NCBI GenBank assembly: GCA_045563055.1
Contig: JBJKUR010000007.1
Span: forward strand, 70,913-134,912
DNA length: 64,000 nt
Origin: Alphaproteobacteria bacterium
GTDB taxonomy: Bacteria > Pseudomonadota > Alphaproteobacteria > Methylaequorales > Methylaequoraceae
Direction: 5' to 3'
Part shown: in pieces, positions 18,371-29,113 of the stretch
Layout: each line of letters opens with the position of its first letter
Numbering within the stretch: position 1 is the stretch's first letter
Notes under the pieces: generated by a model
The model's input: only the letters and a program-made list of their open reading frames with translations
Databases searched by the model: none
What the model was told of the DNA's origin: nothing
Translations under genes and position numbers: made by a program

Positions 18371-19354
18371 ATGATTACTAGAATTCTAATTACAGGAGCT
18401 AATGGATTTTTGGGCTCATCGATAGTAAAGCTAGCTATAAAAAAAAAATTTAAAGTCAGTGTTTTAGTTAGAGAAAATTCAGATCTAAAAAATTTAAAAC
18501 AGTTTAGTTCAAAATTAAAATTTTATTATGGTGATCTGAGAAACTTTTCTTCTTTAGAGTCAGCAATTGCAAATAATGATATAATTTTTCACGTTGCTGC
18601 AGATTATCGTTTGTGGTCAAGAAACCCAAGAGAGTTATACGACTCTAATGTAAGGGGTACCGAGAATGTTTGTAAGTTAGTTAATAAATATAAGAAGGTT
18701 CTTATATATACCTCAAGTGTTGCAACTCTAGGAATAAGTAACGAAAAAGAGTCCGATGAGAACACCCCAGTTACCTATCATGACATGATTGGCGATTATA
18801 AAAAGTCTAAATATCTTGCAGAGAACATTGTATTAAGATTCTGCAAAAAAAAAATGAAATGTATAATTGTTAACCCATCAACTCCAATTGGTCCGGGAGA
18901 TATAAAACCAACACCCACTGGAAAGATCATCTATGACGTTTTAATTGGTAAAATGCCTGCGTATGTTGATACTGGCTTAAATTTAGTTCATGTTGAAGAT
19001 GTGGCTGAAGGTCATTTTTTAGCCTTGAAATATGGTAATTTTGGAGAGAAATATATTTTAGGAGGAGAAAATTTGGACTTTAAAGATTTTATCGATTTAA
19101 TAACGAAGTATGGTAAAAAAACAAAAATTAATCTGAAATTAAACCCTACATTTCTTTTACCTTTTGCTTATTTGAATGAGTTTTTGCATAAATTTTTTAT
19201 AAATACAACTCCTTCACTTACTGTTGACGGATTAAATATGTCAAAAAAGAAAATGTTTTTCTCATCCTTTAAAGCAAAAAATAAACTTCGTTATAGACCT
19301 AGATCAGTTAAAAATGCTATAAAAGAATCTGTTGAATGGTTTAATAATTATTAA
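18371..19354 (+). CDS. hpnA: hopanoid-associated NAD-dependent sugar epimerase/dehydratase
   Basis: ILITGANGFLGSSIV Rossmann motif, YKKSK catalytic motif and cluster context. Confidence 0.8.
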   Translation: MITRILITGANGFLGSSIVKLAIKKKFKVSVLVRENSDLKNLKQFSSKLKFYYGDLRNFSSLESAIANNDIIFHVAADYRLWSRNPRELYDSNVRGTENVCKLVNKYKKVLIYTSSVATLGISNEKESDENTPVTYHDMIGDYKKSKYLAENIVLRFCKKKMKCIIVNPSTPIGPGDIKPTPTGKIIYDVLIGKMPAYVDTGLNLVHVEDVAEGHFLALKYGNFGEKYILGGENLDFKDFIDLITKYGKKTKINLKLNPTFLLPFAYLNEFLHKFFINTTPSLTVDGLNMSKKKMFFSSFKAKNKLRYRPRSVKNAIKESVEWFNNY

Positions 19355-19356
19355 TC

Positions 19357-20340
19357 ATGAAATTAAAAAATATGAATCCACTTAAAGAACAACTAAAGCC
19401 GCTCAAAGTTTTTTTAGCACAACCAAGAGGATTTTGTGCTGGAGTTGAGAGGGCAATCGAAATAGTAGAAAAAGCTCTTAAAATTTATGGCCCTCCTGTT
19501 TATGTTAGACACGAAATTGTTCACAATAAAAGAGTTGTGAATAATCTAAGTTCAAAAGGCGCAATTTTTGTTCAAGAGTTAGATGAAATTCCAGCTGGAG
19601 CTGTAACAATTTTTAGTGCTCATGGAGTAGCGCAAAAAATTGAGGATACTGCTAAAGATAGAAAACTTCCAATCTTGGACGCCACATGCCCTTTGGTAGC
19701 AAAAGTTCATAAAGAAGGACAAAGATATTCATCTAAAGGTTACGAAGTTATTCTGATAGGACATGAAGGACATCCTGAAGTTGAAGGAACTATGGGAAGA
19801 ATTTCTGGGGATGTTTATTTGGTTTCAAATACAGATGACGTATTTAAACTTGAAGTCAAAAATCCAAACAAACTATCATACATAAGTCAGACTACACTCT
19901 CAGTGGACGACACAAGAGTAGTTATTCAGGCTTTAAAAGAGAGATTTCCATTAATTGAAGGTCCTGATGTAAAAGATATTTGCTATGCAACGCAAAACAG
20001 ACAATCAGCTGTAAGAGATTTAGTAGATCATGTAAATCTCATTCTTGTGGTTGGAGCTAAAAACAGTTCAAATTCTAATAGACTCAGAGATTTAGGCGAA
20101 GAATCAGGAGTGGATACCTATTTAATTGAAACTGCCGACGATCTGGATAGAAAGTGGTTTGACAATGTAGAGTCGATAGGAATATCTTCAGGAGCATCAA
20201 CCCCAGATGAGTTGGTAAAAGAAGTTATTAAAAGAATTTCTACTTTTAGAGAAATTAAGATTGAAAAAAGACCTGGAATTGAGGAGAATATAGTTTTCAA
20301 ATTACCCAAAGAATTAACAAACATTGAGGCTGTAAATTAA
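19357..20340 (+). CDS. ispH: 4-hydroxy-3-methylbut-2-enyl diphosphate reductase
   Basis: PRGFCAGVERAI, SAHGV, ATCPLVAKVH, GHEGHPEV and SNSNRL. Confidence 0.95.
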   Translation: MKLKNMNPLKEQLKPLKVFLAQPRGFCAGVERAIEIVEKALKIYGPPVYVRHEIVHNKRVVNNLSSKGAIFVQELDEIPAGAVTIFSAHGVAQKIEDTAKDRKLPILDATCPLVAKVHKEGQRYSSKGYEVILIGHEGHPEVEGTMGRISGDVYLVSNTDDVFKLEVKNPNKLSYISQTTLSVDDTRVVIQALKERFPLIEGPDVKDICYATQNRQSAVRDLVDHVNLILVVGAKNSSNSNRLRDLGEESGVDTYLIETADDLDRKWFDNVESIGISSGASTPDELVKEVIKRISTFREIKIEKRPGIEENIVFKLPKELTNIEAVN

Positions 20341-20378
20341 CCTTTACATTTTAAAAACAATAAATTAAATATTAAATT

Positions 20379-21578
20379 ATGGGGATACCTTTAATACAAC
20401 AGATAAGAGTTGGTTCTTATATACTAAAACAGAAGATTCTTGGAAGATCTAAATATCCACTTGTCTTAATGTTAGAACCACTTTTCAGATGTAACCTTGC
20501 TTGCGCAGGTTGCGGAAAAATTGATTATCCCAAAGAAATTTTAAATCAAAGGCTCTCTACCCAGGAATGCATAGATTCCGTTGAGGAGTGTGGAGCACCT
20601 ATAGTTTCTATCCCAGGCGGTGAACCTCTCATACATAAAGAAATGCCAGAAATTGTAAGAGAGTTGATTAAAAGAAAAAAATTTGTTTATCTTTGCACAA
20701 ACGCAGTTTTGATGGAAAAAAAACTTTCTGAATACAAACCAAGTCCATATTTTACATGGTCAGTTCATTTAGATGGTATGAAAGAGGAACATGACAAAGC
20801 AGTATGTCAAGAAGGAGTCTTTGATAGATGTGTATCTGCAATAAAAAAAGCTAAATCCTTGGGCTTTAGATGTAATGTAAATTGTACTATATTTGACGAT
20901 GCTCATGAAAAAGGATTAAAAAACTTCCTAAACTATGTCACTGATGAACTTAAAGTAGATGGTATAACAATCTCACCTGGTTTTGCCTATGAAAGAGCAC
21001 CTGATCAGCAACATTTTATAAAAAGATCTAACACAAAAAATTTCTTTAGGAATGTATTTAAATCAAAAGATTTTAAAAAGTGGGACTTTAGTCATTCCGG
21101 TCTTTACCTTGACTTTCTTGCTGGAAATCAATCTTACAAATGTACGCCCTGGGGAAACCCAACAAGAAATATTTTTGGGTGGCAAAAACCATGCTACCTT
21201 CTCGGAGAGGGCTATGTAAAATCGTTTGAAGAACTTATGAACGAAACCGAATGGGATAAATATGGCACTGGAAACTACGATAAGTGTTCAGATTGTATGG
21301 CACACTGCGGTTATGAGGCCTCTGCAGTTACTGATGTTTTTACCAACCCATTTAAGGCTGCATCTGTTGCTATCAAAGGACCAAAGACTGAGGGAGCAAT
21401 GGCTAAAGAGATTGATATAAGTAATTCAAGAGACCCAGATTTTTTTCACGACACTCATGTCAGCGATATGATGAAAAAACTACATGCTGAAAAACAGACA
21501 GATTCACATGAATCTCCTATCCCATCAGCTGGTGCCGCAATTAACCCTAAAAGCGATTTAGCAAAAAAAATAAGATAA
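20379..21578 (+). CDS. hpnH: radical SAM adenosylhopane synthase
   Basis: LEPLFRCNLACAGCGKI CxxxCxxC motif, about 400 aa, cluster context. Confidence 0.85.
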   Translation: MGIPLIQQIRVGSYILKQKILGRSKYPLVLMLEPLFRCNLACAGCGKIDYPKEILNQRLSTQECIDSVEECGAPIVSIPGGEPLIHKEMPEIVRELIKRKKFVYLCTNAVLMEKKLSEYKPSPYFTWSVHLDGMKEEHDKAVCQEGVFDRCVSAIKKAKSLGFRCNVNCTIFDDAHEKGLKNFLNYVTDELKVDGITISPGFAYERAPDQQHFIKRSNTKNFFRNVFKSKDFKKWDFSHSGLYLDFLAGNQSYKCTPWGNPTRNIFGWQKPCYLLGEGYVKSFEELMNETEWDKYGTGNYDKCSDCMAHCGYEASAVTDVFTNPFKAASVAIKGPKTEGAMAKEIDISNSRDPDFFHDTHVSDMMKKLHAEKQTDSHESPIPSAGAAINPKSDLAKKIR

Positions 21579-21587
21579 TTTTTTAGA

Positions 21588-22253
21588 TCACAACGTATTT
21601 ACAAGTCCCTCAAGAACCCTTTTACTTTTCGAAAACTTTGTATTTAAACTTAAAAGTTTAAATATCCTGGCAGGATTTATAATTAACTTCATTAAAAATA
21701 GTTTTATTCTGAGATCACCTTGATCATTAATACAATCTTTAAGAAAAGAAGGTATATCAAAGGAAAGATCATCAAATATTACTTTTAAAGATATCATTGG
21801 AACATTTTCTTTTAAAAGTTCTTTTTTAATATAAAAAGCTTCCATATCTATTGCTGATACTGATTTAAATTTTTTTAAAAGTTGTAATTTCTGTTTCTTG
21901 TCAGAAGCAATTTTTTGAACAGTAAGTAAGTTGCATTTAATAAATTTAAATTTAGAATCTAAATTTGTAAGTAAGTTCCTATGAGATTTTAAAGTTGAAA
22001 GTATTTCACTTTTTTCATTAAAAATTTTATCCACAAAAACAATATCACCATTTTTCAAATCATTAGAAATAGACCCAGCAAACCCAAAGTTTATTACAAA
22101 ATCTACACCACTTTTTAAAAGGGTATTTGTTGCTTCTTTCGAAGATTCTCCATAACCATAGATGCAAAGTTTATTTTTATCTAAAACTAATTTCATTTCT
22201 CTCTTTAAACCGAAAATAAAACCTATTTTTTTGAATTTTTTTTTAAGCTCCAT
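21588..22253 (-). CDS. hpnG: hopanoid-associated phosphorylase/nucleosidase (PNP/UDP family)
   Basis: 221 aa directly downstream of and overlapping shc, with GFAGS and AIDMEA motifs. Confidence 0.7.
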   Translation of the reverse strand: MELKKKFKKIGFIFGLKREMKLVLDKNKLCIYGYGESSKEATNTLLKSGVDFVINFGFAGSISNDLKNGDIVFVDKIFNEKSEILSTLKSHRNLLTNLDSKFKFIKCNLLTVQKIASDKKQKLQLLKKFKSVSAIDMEAFYIKKELLKENVPMISLKVIFDDLSFDIPSFLKDCINDQGDLRIKLFLMKLIINPARIFKLLSLNTKFSKSKRVLEGLVNTL

Positions 22254-24153
22254 AATTTGGATATATAGAATTTTTTTTTATTTGATTCTTAATTTTGGAA
22301 ATTGCTAATAAGGGGAAATATTCAGCATATCCATGATATTTTAAATAAAATACTTTTGGAAAACCTACGGCTGTAAAATAATCCTCTTCAAATTTTGTTT
22401 TTTTGTTAGTTAAAAATTTAAGACCTTTTTCAACCTCAGGACTATTAATTTCGCCTGCTGCCAACAATCCCATTAAGGCCCAAGCTGTTTGAGATGGTGT
22501 GCTTCTCTTTGAAAAATTTTCATAACCTTCATAATATGATTTACCATCCTCGCCCCACCCTCCGTCTTTTCTTTGCATTTTTTTTAAATAATTTGCTGCT
22601 TTTGCAATCACTTCTATTTTATTAGTGAATTCTACTAGATTTAACGCAGATAGAACAGACCAGGTTCCATAGATATAGTTTGTACCCCACCTACCGTACC
22701 AGCTTCCATCTTCTTCTTGTTCAGTTAATAAATAATCAACAGCTTTTTTAATACAATCTTTATCTCTTTTGTCATCCAATTGTTTCAGAAAACTAAGACA
22801 TCTTGCAGAAACATCAGATGTGGGTGGGTCAAGTAAAGCTCCATGGTCTGCAAAAGGGATGGAGTTTAAAATGTAATGTGTATTATCTATATCAAATGCT
22901 CCCCATCCTCCATTTTTAGACTGCATGGAAACTACCCATTTTCTAGTTCTTTCTATCATAGTTTTGATTGATTTTTTTTGCTTCCCTCTATTGTACCTTT
23001 CTAAGAACATTCCAATAAGTGCAGTATCATCAACATCAGGATAATATTCGTTGTTAAATTGAAAAGCCCATCCACCAGGCAAGGCTTTCTGTCTTTTGAC
23101 AGACCAATCACCTTTTATTTTGATTTCTTTTTCCATTAACCAATCAACCAGGTCATCAACCTGGATATTATTTTCTAAATTTACAAGTCCCATCCAACCT
23201 GTATCCCATACTGGAGAAACGCAAGGCTGACAATATGCAATATTTTTTTTTTCTACAACCAACTTATCTATTGCACTTCTAATTACTACACATTCTTTTT
23301 CATATTTAGTTTTGTCTACGGCCAACAATGCTAAAAGTGAGTTTACCATGGCTGGGAAAATTCCTCCTAACCCGTCTTCTCCGTTAAGTCTTTTGATCAT
23401 CCAATTTAAGACTTTTTTTTCACATTTGTATTTAAAGTTCTTTGAAATGAGAGGAAAAAAAAATCTAGCTAGATTATCTAAAAAAATGAAAAAAGATGAA
23501 AATTTTTCATCTCTTGATACAAGTTTTATTTTTTGATTGTGATTGTTGGAATCATTAAAGAGTTCAATGATTGAAATTTGATTAGGATTAGATGCACAAG
23601 GCTTCCTATGCATAATGATAAGTAATGGAACTAAAACAGTTCTAGACCAGTATGATATTTTATAAATATTAAATGGGAAAAAGTTTGGAAATTTAATGAT
23701 TTCGATTGGCATAAATGGAACAGAATCCCAAGTTATTTGACCGAAAATAGCTAAAGTAATTTTAGTGAAAACATTAGACTTTTCAATCCCTCCCATTTCC
23801 AAAATACATTTTTTTGCTTTAATTAAAATTTTTGAATTCTCTTCTAATCCCGAGAGTTTTAGAGCGTAATATGCTTTAATACTTGCACTTAAATCAGATT
23901 CTCCGTTAAAAAATAAAGGCCATCCCCCCTCAGAATTTTGTTTGCCAATAATATAATTGATCATCTTTTCTTGTATAACAACATCAATTCTTCCTAAATA
24001 ATGCATTAATAAAATATATTCTGATGGAATTGTTGTGTCTGCCTCAAGTTCATAGACATAACAACCTTCTTTTAATTTTTTTAATTTCTGTTTTTTTAAA
24101 AGATTGTTAAAGGTCTTTAAATTAGAATTTAATATGGATTTAAGATTGTTCAT
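22243..24153 (-). CDS. shc: squalene-hopene cyclase
   Basis: 636 aa with the DVDDTA catalytic motif and multiple QW repeats (GGW.. and DGSWYGRWG). Confidence 0.95.
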   Translation of the reverse strand: MNNLKSILNSNLKTFNNLLKKQKLKKLKEGCYVYELEADTTIPSEYILLMHYLGRIDVVIQEKMINYIIGKQNSEGGWPLFFNGESDLSASIKAYYALKLSGLEENSKILIKAKKCILEMGGIEKSNVFTKITLAIFGQITWDSVPFMPIEIIKFPNFFPFNIYKISYWSRTVLVPLLIIMHRKPCASNPNQISIIELFNDSNNHNQKIKLVSRDEKFSSFFIFLDNLARFFFPLISKNFKYKCEKKVLNWMIKRLNGEDGLGGIFPAMVNSLLALLAVDKTKYEKECVVIRSAIDKLVVEKKNIAYCQPCVSPVWDTGWMGLVNLENNIQVDDLVDWLMEKEIKIKGDWSVKRQKALPGGWAFQFNNEYYPDVDDTALIGMFLERYNRGKQKKSIKTMIERTRKWVVSMQSKNGGWGAFDIDNTHYILNSIPFADHGALLDPPTSDVSARCLSFLKQLDDKRDKDCIKKAVDYLLTEQEEDGSWYGRWGTNYIYGTWSVLSALNLVEFTNKIEVIAKAANYLKKMQRKDGGWGEDGKSYYEGYENFSKRSTPSQTAWALMGLLAAGEINSPEVEKGLKFLTNKKTKFEEDYFTAVGFPKVFYLKYHGYAEYFPLLAISKIKNQIKKNSIYPNYGA

Positions 24154-24167
24154 GATTGTATTAAGTG

Positions 24168-25406
24168 CTAAGTAACTGCTTTTCGTCCCGACAAAATAGA
24201 TCCTTCAATTGTACAAGGTAAGTCACTTTGTGTCCAATCACCAGAAATTCTTAAGTTATTTGGCAAGTTTTTAATTTTTTCAACAATATCAAAATTTTTT
24301 GGTGATTGAACAACTGTTGCTTTTTTTTCTTTAACCACTTGATAATCAGGTATACCTATTTTTAAATTAAGGTATTTACATACTTCTTTCCATACAAGAG
24401 TTGCTATTTCTTCAGTGTTATAACTATTTAAGTAATTAGCATTGCTTATAGTTATAGATATATGATTTTTTTTTATAAAAATCCACTGGGTATTAGACTC
24501 AATAAATCCAATGATTGAATGTTTAAATTTCTTCTTTAAATTTCGATTTAATTTGTAATGGACATTTACAATTGAGTTATAAGAGGATGGAAAAGTATAT
24601 TGTGGTAATAGCTTTTGAAGATTTGAGGGAGGAATAGATAGCACAACAATTTCATTTTTTAAAACATCTACCACCTGATTAGTAAAATAAAGTCTGGTTA
24701 CAGCGTTATCAAGAACATCAATCTTTCTAAGCATACTTTTATATTGAACCCTACAACCATGATTGTTTAAAAAATTTATGGTAGGTTGAATCAAAGTTTT
24801 ATTCCAATTTATTTTTGGCTGATATATGTAACAATACTTATCTCCTCTTAGAACTGTTTTTTTTAGAACGTTAGATAATACTTTTGCTGAGGCATAATTA
24901 CTTGACGTATTCATTACACCAATAGTTAGAGGGTCCCAAAGAGTAGAAAAAATATTTGAACCTCCAATAATTTCAGAAACAGTTCTATGTCTATTTACGA
25001 ATAGAAACTTCAATATTGATAGGTAATCTATAAAACTAGAATTTGGGATGGGTTTATTTTTTCCAAGAAGCAATCTTAAAGAAGATATCTTTGATAGATC
25101 AATTGACCAATGTGAATTATTATTAAGATTAAAAAAATTTAAATTTGGAGGCAAGGTTTTAATCGTATCAGTTGATTTTATGATTTTACAAAGCTCGTAG
25201 AAATTTTCATTGGCAGTAAAAACAAGATGGTTTCCATTATCAATTTCTTGATTCAATCTTTTTTCATAAAAAGATCTACATCTTCCACCTGGAAAATTTG
25301 AAGATTCGAACAAGTAAACTTTATAATTTTTTTTTAAGCTGTGTACCGCTGCTGACAAACCAGCAAGACCTGCTCCTATTATGTATACCTTTTTTGAGAT
25401 TTTAAT
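24168..25406 (-). CDS. hpnE: squalene-associated FAD-dependent desaturase (amine-oxidase fold)
   Basis: The ORF-track TTG start (25358) cuts off the FAD motif. The frame extended upstream reads IKISKKVYIIGAGLAGLSAA. The only start-like codon upstream is ATT 25406-25404, which overlaps the hpnD stop. Confidence 0.75.
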   Translation of the reverse strand: MKISKKVYIIGAGLAGLSAAVHSLKKNYKVYLFESSNFPGGRCRSFYEKRLNQEIDNGNHLVFTANENFYELCKIIKSTDTIKTLPPNLNFFNLNNNSHWSIDLSKISSLRLLLGKNKPIPNSSFIDYLSILKFLFVNRHRTVSEIIGGSNIFSTLWDPLTIGVMNTSSNYASAKVLSNVLKKTVLRGDKYCYIYQPKINWNKTLIQPTINFLNNHGCRVQYKSMLRKIDVLDNAVTRLYFTNQVVDVLKNEIVVLSIPPSNLQKLLPQYTFPSSYNSIVNVHYKLNRNLKKKFKHSIIGFIESNTQWIFIKKNHISITISNANYLNSYNTEEIATLVWKEVCKYLNLKIGIPDYQVVKEKKATVVQSPKNFDIVEKIKNLPNNLRISGDWTQSDLPCTIEGSILSGRKAVT

Positions 25407-26238
25407 ACCTTATAAAGAATAGAATTAAAATTATAAACTTTTCCAAAGAAGTTAACCTAACCTTTTGTTTGAAGTTGATTTCTCTTTTAAACATCTTTGA
25501 ATGAATGCCTATATAAAAGTTTTTCATAATTTCTGAGGCAATTATTTTTTTTTTACAAATTCTTTCTGACTCACTCAGGGCCTTTTCATAATAATTTTTT
25601 GCTTCACTTAAAATATCTTGAAAAATATTCTGGAGTTTAGGGTCATCAATCATGGTTTTCATATCCTGGTTTACCCCAAATTTTTTGAAATAGTTTGATG
25701 ATATATAACATCTACCATTTTTATAATCTTCATAGAAATCCCTTGTTATATTTGTTAGTTGGAAAGCTCTTCCCAGATATAAGGCGTATTTTTTTTCTCT
25801 ATTTGATAGGCCGAAAACTTTTATGGATAAATTACCAACTGCAACTGCTACTCTATCACAATAAAGTTCTAGCTTAGATTTTGTTGGGAATTGGATATCC
25901 TTCTCAGCGTCCATCAGCATTCCGTCAATGATTGAGTTAAAATCTGTTAACTCCAGCCTGAAATTTTTAATAGAATTTTTTAATTCCTTTTCGATACTGG
26001 AGTCGAGTTTTTTATTTTTAAAGAGATTTTTAATTTTTTTCTTCCATTCTCTCAACTTTTTTTTTTTCTCCTCTTTATTTTCTATTCCATCAGCTATGTC
26101 ATCTACAATTCTACAAAAAGCGTAAATGGAAAACATAGCTCTTTTTTTTTCTTTATTTAAAACATTCATCCCCCAGTAAAATGAGGTTCCAGATTTTTTT
26201 ACGATATTTCTAATTGCGATTTGATCATCGTCTGACAT
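25402..26238 (-). CDS. hpnD: presqualene diphosphate synthase (squalene/phytoene synthase family)
   Basis: YAFCRIVDDIAD and NITRDFYED aspartate-rich motifs, plus cluster context. Confidence 0.85.
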   Translation of the reverse strand: MSDDDQIAIRNIVKKSGTSFYWGMNVLNKEKKRAMFSIYAFCRIVDDIADGIENKEEKKKKLREWKKKIKNLFKNKKLDSSIEKELKNSIKNFRLELTDFNSIIDGMLMDAEKDIQFPTKSKLELYCDRVAVAVGNLSIKVFGLSNREKKYALYLGRAFQLTNITRDFYEDYKNGRCYISSNYFKKFGVNQDMKTMIDDPKLQNIFQDILSEAKNYYEKALSESERICKKKIIASEIMKNFYIGIHSKMFKREINFKQKVRLTSLEKFIILILFFIRY

Positions 26239-26259
26239 ATTTAAATTTTTAACTTAAAT

Positions 26260-28182
26260 TTATGCTCGTTCAAGAGAAAATTTTCTGGGATATGCAATTC
26301 CGAGGGCACTAAGTGCAGTTTTTGTGATGTTATCAACATCTATACCGCATTCAATGTTCTGTAGATCTGGTTTGCCGTGATTTATAAATTTATCAGGAAA
26401 GAAAATTGGTCTGAATTTAAGTCCTTTGTCTAATGCTCCTGATTTAGCTAGGAACGACATCACTTGAGCAGAAAATCCGCCAATAGAACCTTCTTCAACC
26501 GTTATGAAAACCTCGTGGTCTCTTGCCAATTGAGTAATTAAAAGTTGATCAATAGGTTTTGCAAACCTTGCATCTGCTACAGTTGTAGATAGACCATATG
26601 ATGCTAAAATTTCTGAAGCAAGAATGGAATCTTGAAGCCTAGTCCCTAGGGATAGAATACAAATTTTGCTACCTTCTTTGATAATCTTACCTTTTCCTAT
26701 TTTCCAGATTTCAGGTTGTTCTTTGATCTTAACTCCGACTCCTTCACCCCTTGGATATCTAAAGGCTGATGGTCTATCTTCAATTGTTGTTGAAGTCGCT
26801 ATACTATTACAAAGTTCATTTTCATCACTAGGTGCCATCACAACAAAGTTTGGAAGAGTGCATAGATAGGCTAGATCGAAAGATCCGGCGTGGGTTGCAC
26901 CATCAGCACCAACTTGACCGGCCCTGTCAATTGCAAACCTTACTGGCAGTGACTGGATGGCCACATCGTGTACAACTTGATCATATGCTCTTTGCAGAAA
27001 GGTTGAATAAATTGCCGCATAGGGTTTCATTCCCCTTGATGCTAAACCAGCAGCGAAAGTAACTGCGTGTTGTTCAGCTATTCCAACATCAAAAGTTCTA
27101 TTCGGGTGTGCCTTTTGAAAAATATCTAGACCAGTTCCAGATGGCATTGCAGCTGTCACGGCTACTATCGATTTATCTTTTCTAGCCTGCTTAACTAGCG
27201 CTTCAGCAAAGACTTTTGTGTAGCTTGGATTTTTAGAAGATGATTTTACTTGTTCCCCTGTTACAACATTAAACTTACCAACACCGTGGTATTTGTCTTC
27301 TGACTTTTCTGCTGGTTCGTACCCATAACCTTTTTTAGTAACAACATGTAAAAATACAGGTCCATCCCACTTTGATTTCTCAAGATTTCTTAGAACAGGT
27401 AGAAGGTGATCAAGATTATGACCATTGATTGGGCCGAGATAAAAAAAGCCAAGCTCTTCAAATAAAGTTCCACCGGTCACCATTCCTCTTACATATTCGT
27501 CTGCTTTAGCGGCCATATTTTGGAAAGTTTTGGGAAACTTTTTTGCCATGTGTTTTGCAAGTGTCCTGGCAGATTGAAACGTCTTTGTAGACAATAATCT
27601 TGAAAGATAGGCACTCATGGCACCTACTGGAGGTGCTATTGACATATCATTGTCGTTAAGGATTACAATTAATCTTGCGTTCATTGATCCAGCATTATTC
27701 ATCGCTTCATAAGCCATTCCAGCACTTATGGCCCCATCTCCGATAACACAAACAACGTTATGATTTTCTTTTTTAAGGTCTCTGGCTACGGCCATTCCTA
27801 GTCCAGCTGATATAGAGGTTGAAGAGTGAGCTGCACCAAATGGATCGTATTCACTTTCAGACCTCTTTGTAAATCCGTACAAACCATTAGGTTGCCTAAT
27901 AGTTCTGATTTTGTCTCTTCTGCCTGTAATAACTTTATGAGGATAACATTGGTGACCAACATCCCAAATAAGCTTATCTTTTGGAGTGTTGAATACACTG
28001 TGAATGGCTACCGTCAACTCCACTACTCCTAAGCCAGCTCCGAGATGACCGCCGGTTACAGAGACTGCATCAATGACTTCGTTTCTTAATTCTTTACAAA
28101 TAGTCTTTAGCTGTTTATCTGAAAAACTTTTAAGATCTTTTGGATATTTAACTTTATCTAACAGATTTGTTTGGTCATTCAT
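26260..28182 (-). CDS. dxs: 1-deoxy-D-xylulose-5-phosphate synthase
   Basis: 640 aa with [27 protein letters not shown] and [15 protein letters not shown]. Confidence 0.97.
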   Translation of the reverse strand: MNDQTNLLDKVKYPKDLKSFSDKQLKTICKELRNEVIDAVSVTGGHLGAGLGVVELTVAIHSVFNTPKDKLIWDVGHQCYPHKVITGRRDKIRTIRQPNGLYGFTKRSESEYDPFGAAHSSTSISAGLGMAVARDLKKENHNVVCVIGDGAISAGMAYEAMNNAGSMNARLIVILNDNDMSIAPPVGAMSAYLSRLLSTKTFQSARTLAKHMAKKFPKTFQNMAAKADEYVRGMVTGGTLFEELGFFYLGPINGHNLDHLLPVLRNLEKSKWDGPVFLHVVTKKGYGYEPAEKSEDKYHGVGKFNVVTGEQVKSSSKNPSYTKVFAEALVKQARKDKSIVAVTAAMPSGTGLDIFQKAHPNRTFDVGIAEQHAVTFAAGLASRGMKPYAAIYSTFLQRAYDQVVHDVAIQSLPVRFAIDRAGQVGADGATHAGSFDLAYLCTLPNFVVMAPSDENELCNSIATSTTIEDRPSAFRYPRGEGVGVKIKEQPEIWKIGKGKIIKEGSKICILSLGTRLQDSILASEILASYGLSTTVADARFAKPIDQLLITQLARDHEVFITVEEGSIGGFSAQVMSFLAKSGALDKGLKFRPIFFPDKFINHGKPDLQNIECGIDVDNITKTALSALGIAYPRKFSLERA

Positions 28183-28219
28183 AACTTAACTTTTACACTT
28201 TCTCAAAGAGAATGCAATT

Positions 28220-29113
28220 TTAATAACATATTATCCCTTTTATAAAACAAAAAATCAAATCAATACGTGATAATTTTACATTTTTTTTTAAAGGATCCTC
28301 TTTTTTTAATAATAGGCAAAGTTTCTTGGCAATTCGATAGATTATTAATGTTTCTTTTCTAAGGGACCAAATATTTATTTTTCTTATGCCTTCGTAAGAT
28401 TTATCAAGAATTTTCTCAACATTCAAAATAACTTCTTGTTTTAATTTTTCGAACTCACTTGATGAATGGTCATTAGTTAATTCTGAGAGATTAATTGAAT
28501 ACTTTGTGAAAAGTGAAATTGGAAGATAAACTCTATCTAATAATTCATAGTCTTTTTTACAATCTTGTAGGTGATTAATAATCTGTAAAGCAGTACAAAG
28601 TCCATCAGAAGATTTTAAAACATCACTTCTTTTACATAATTTTTTTTTTTTTGTTAGATATGTTAAATCAATAAAAAACCTTCCAACAGGGTTTGCTGAA
28701 TATTTGCAATAAAAAACCAACTCTTTCCAATTCTTATATCTCTTTTTTTTTGCATCTAATTTAAAGGCTACTAAAAGTTGTCTTGAATATTTTTTGGTAA
28801 ATTTAAACTCATTAAATCTCTCTAAAAGCTTATTTATAACCTCTATTTCGGTTTTCACTTGATCTTTAATGGATTTATCAAAAAAATTTAATATTTTTAG
28901 TTTTTCATTGGGTATTAAATGAATATGATCAGATATATCATCAGCTGTTCTTGCAAAAAAATAAAAATTCCTTACTAATTTCTTCATCCGGTTTCCAATG
29001 AAAAAGGATGCTACTGGAAAGTTTTCGTCTTTAAAGCTTTTCCCAGACAATAAACTTGTTATGTATGTTTGAGTAAATTTACTAATATTTTCTTCCCTTC
29101 CAATTATTTCCAT
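28220..29113 (-). CDS. hpnC: hydroxysqualene synthase (squalene synthase HpnC)
   Basis: ENFPVASFF..., YFFARTADDISD and the squalene/phytoene synthase fold. Confidence 0.8.
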   Translation of the reverse strand: MEIIGREENISKFTQTYITSLLSGKSFKDENFPVASFFIGNRMKKLVRNFYFFARTADDISDHIHLIPNEKLKILNFFDKSIKDQVKTEIEVINKLLERFNEFKFTKKYSRQLLVAFKLDAKKKRYKNWKELVFYCKYSANPVGRFFIDLTYLTKKKKLCKRSDVLKSSDGLCTALQIINHLQDCKKDYELLDRVYLPISLFTKYSINLSELTNDHSSSEFEKLKQEVILNVEKILDKSYEGIRKINIWSLRKETLIIYRIAKKLCLLLKKEDPLKKNVKLSRIDLIFCFIKGIICY

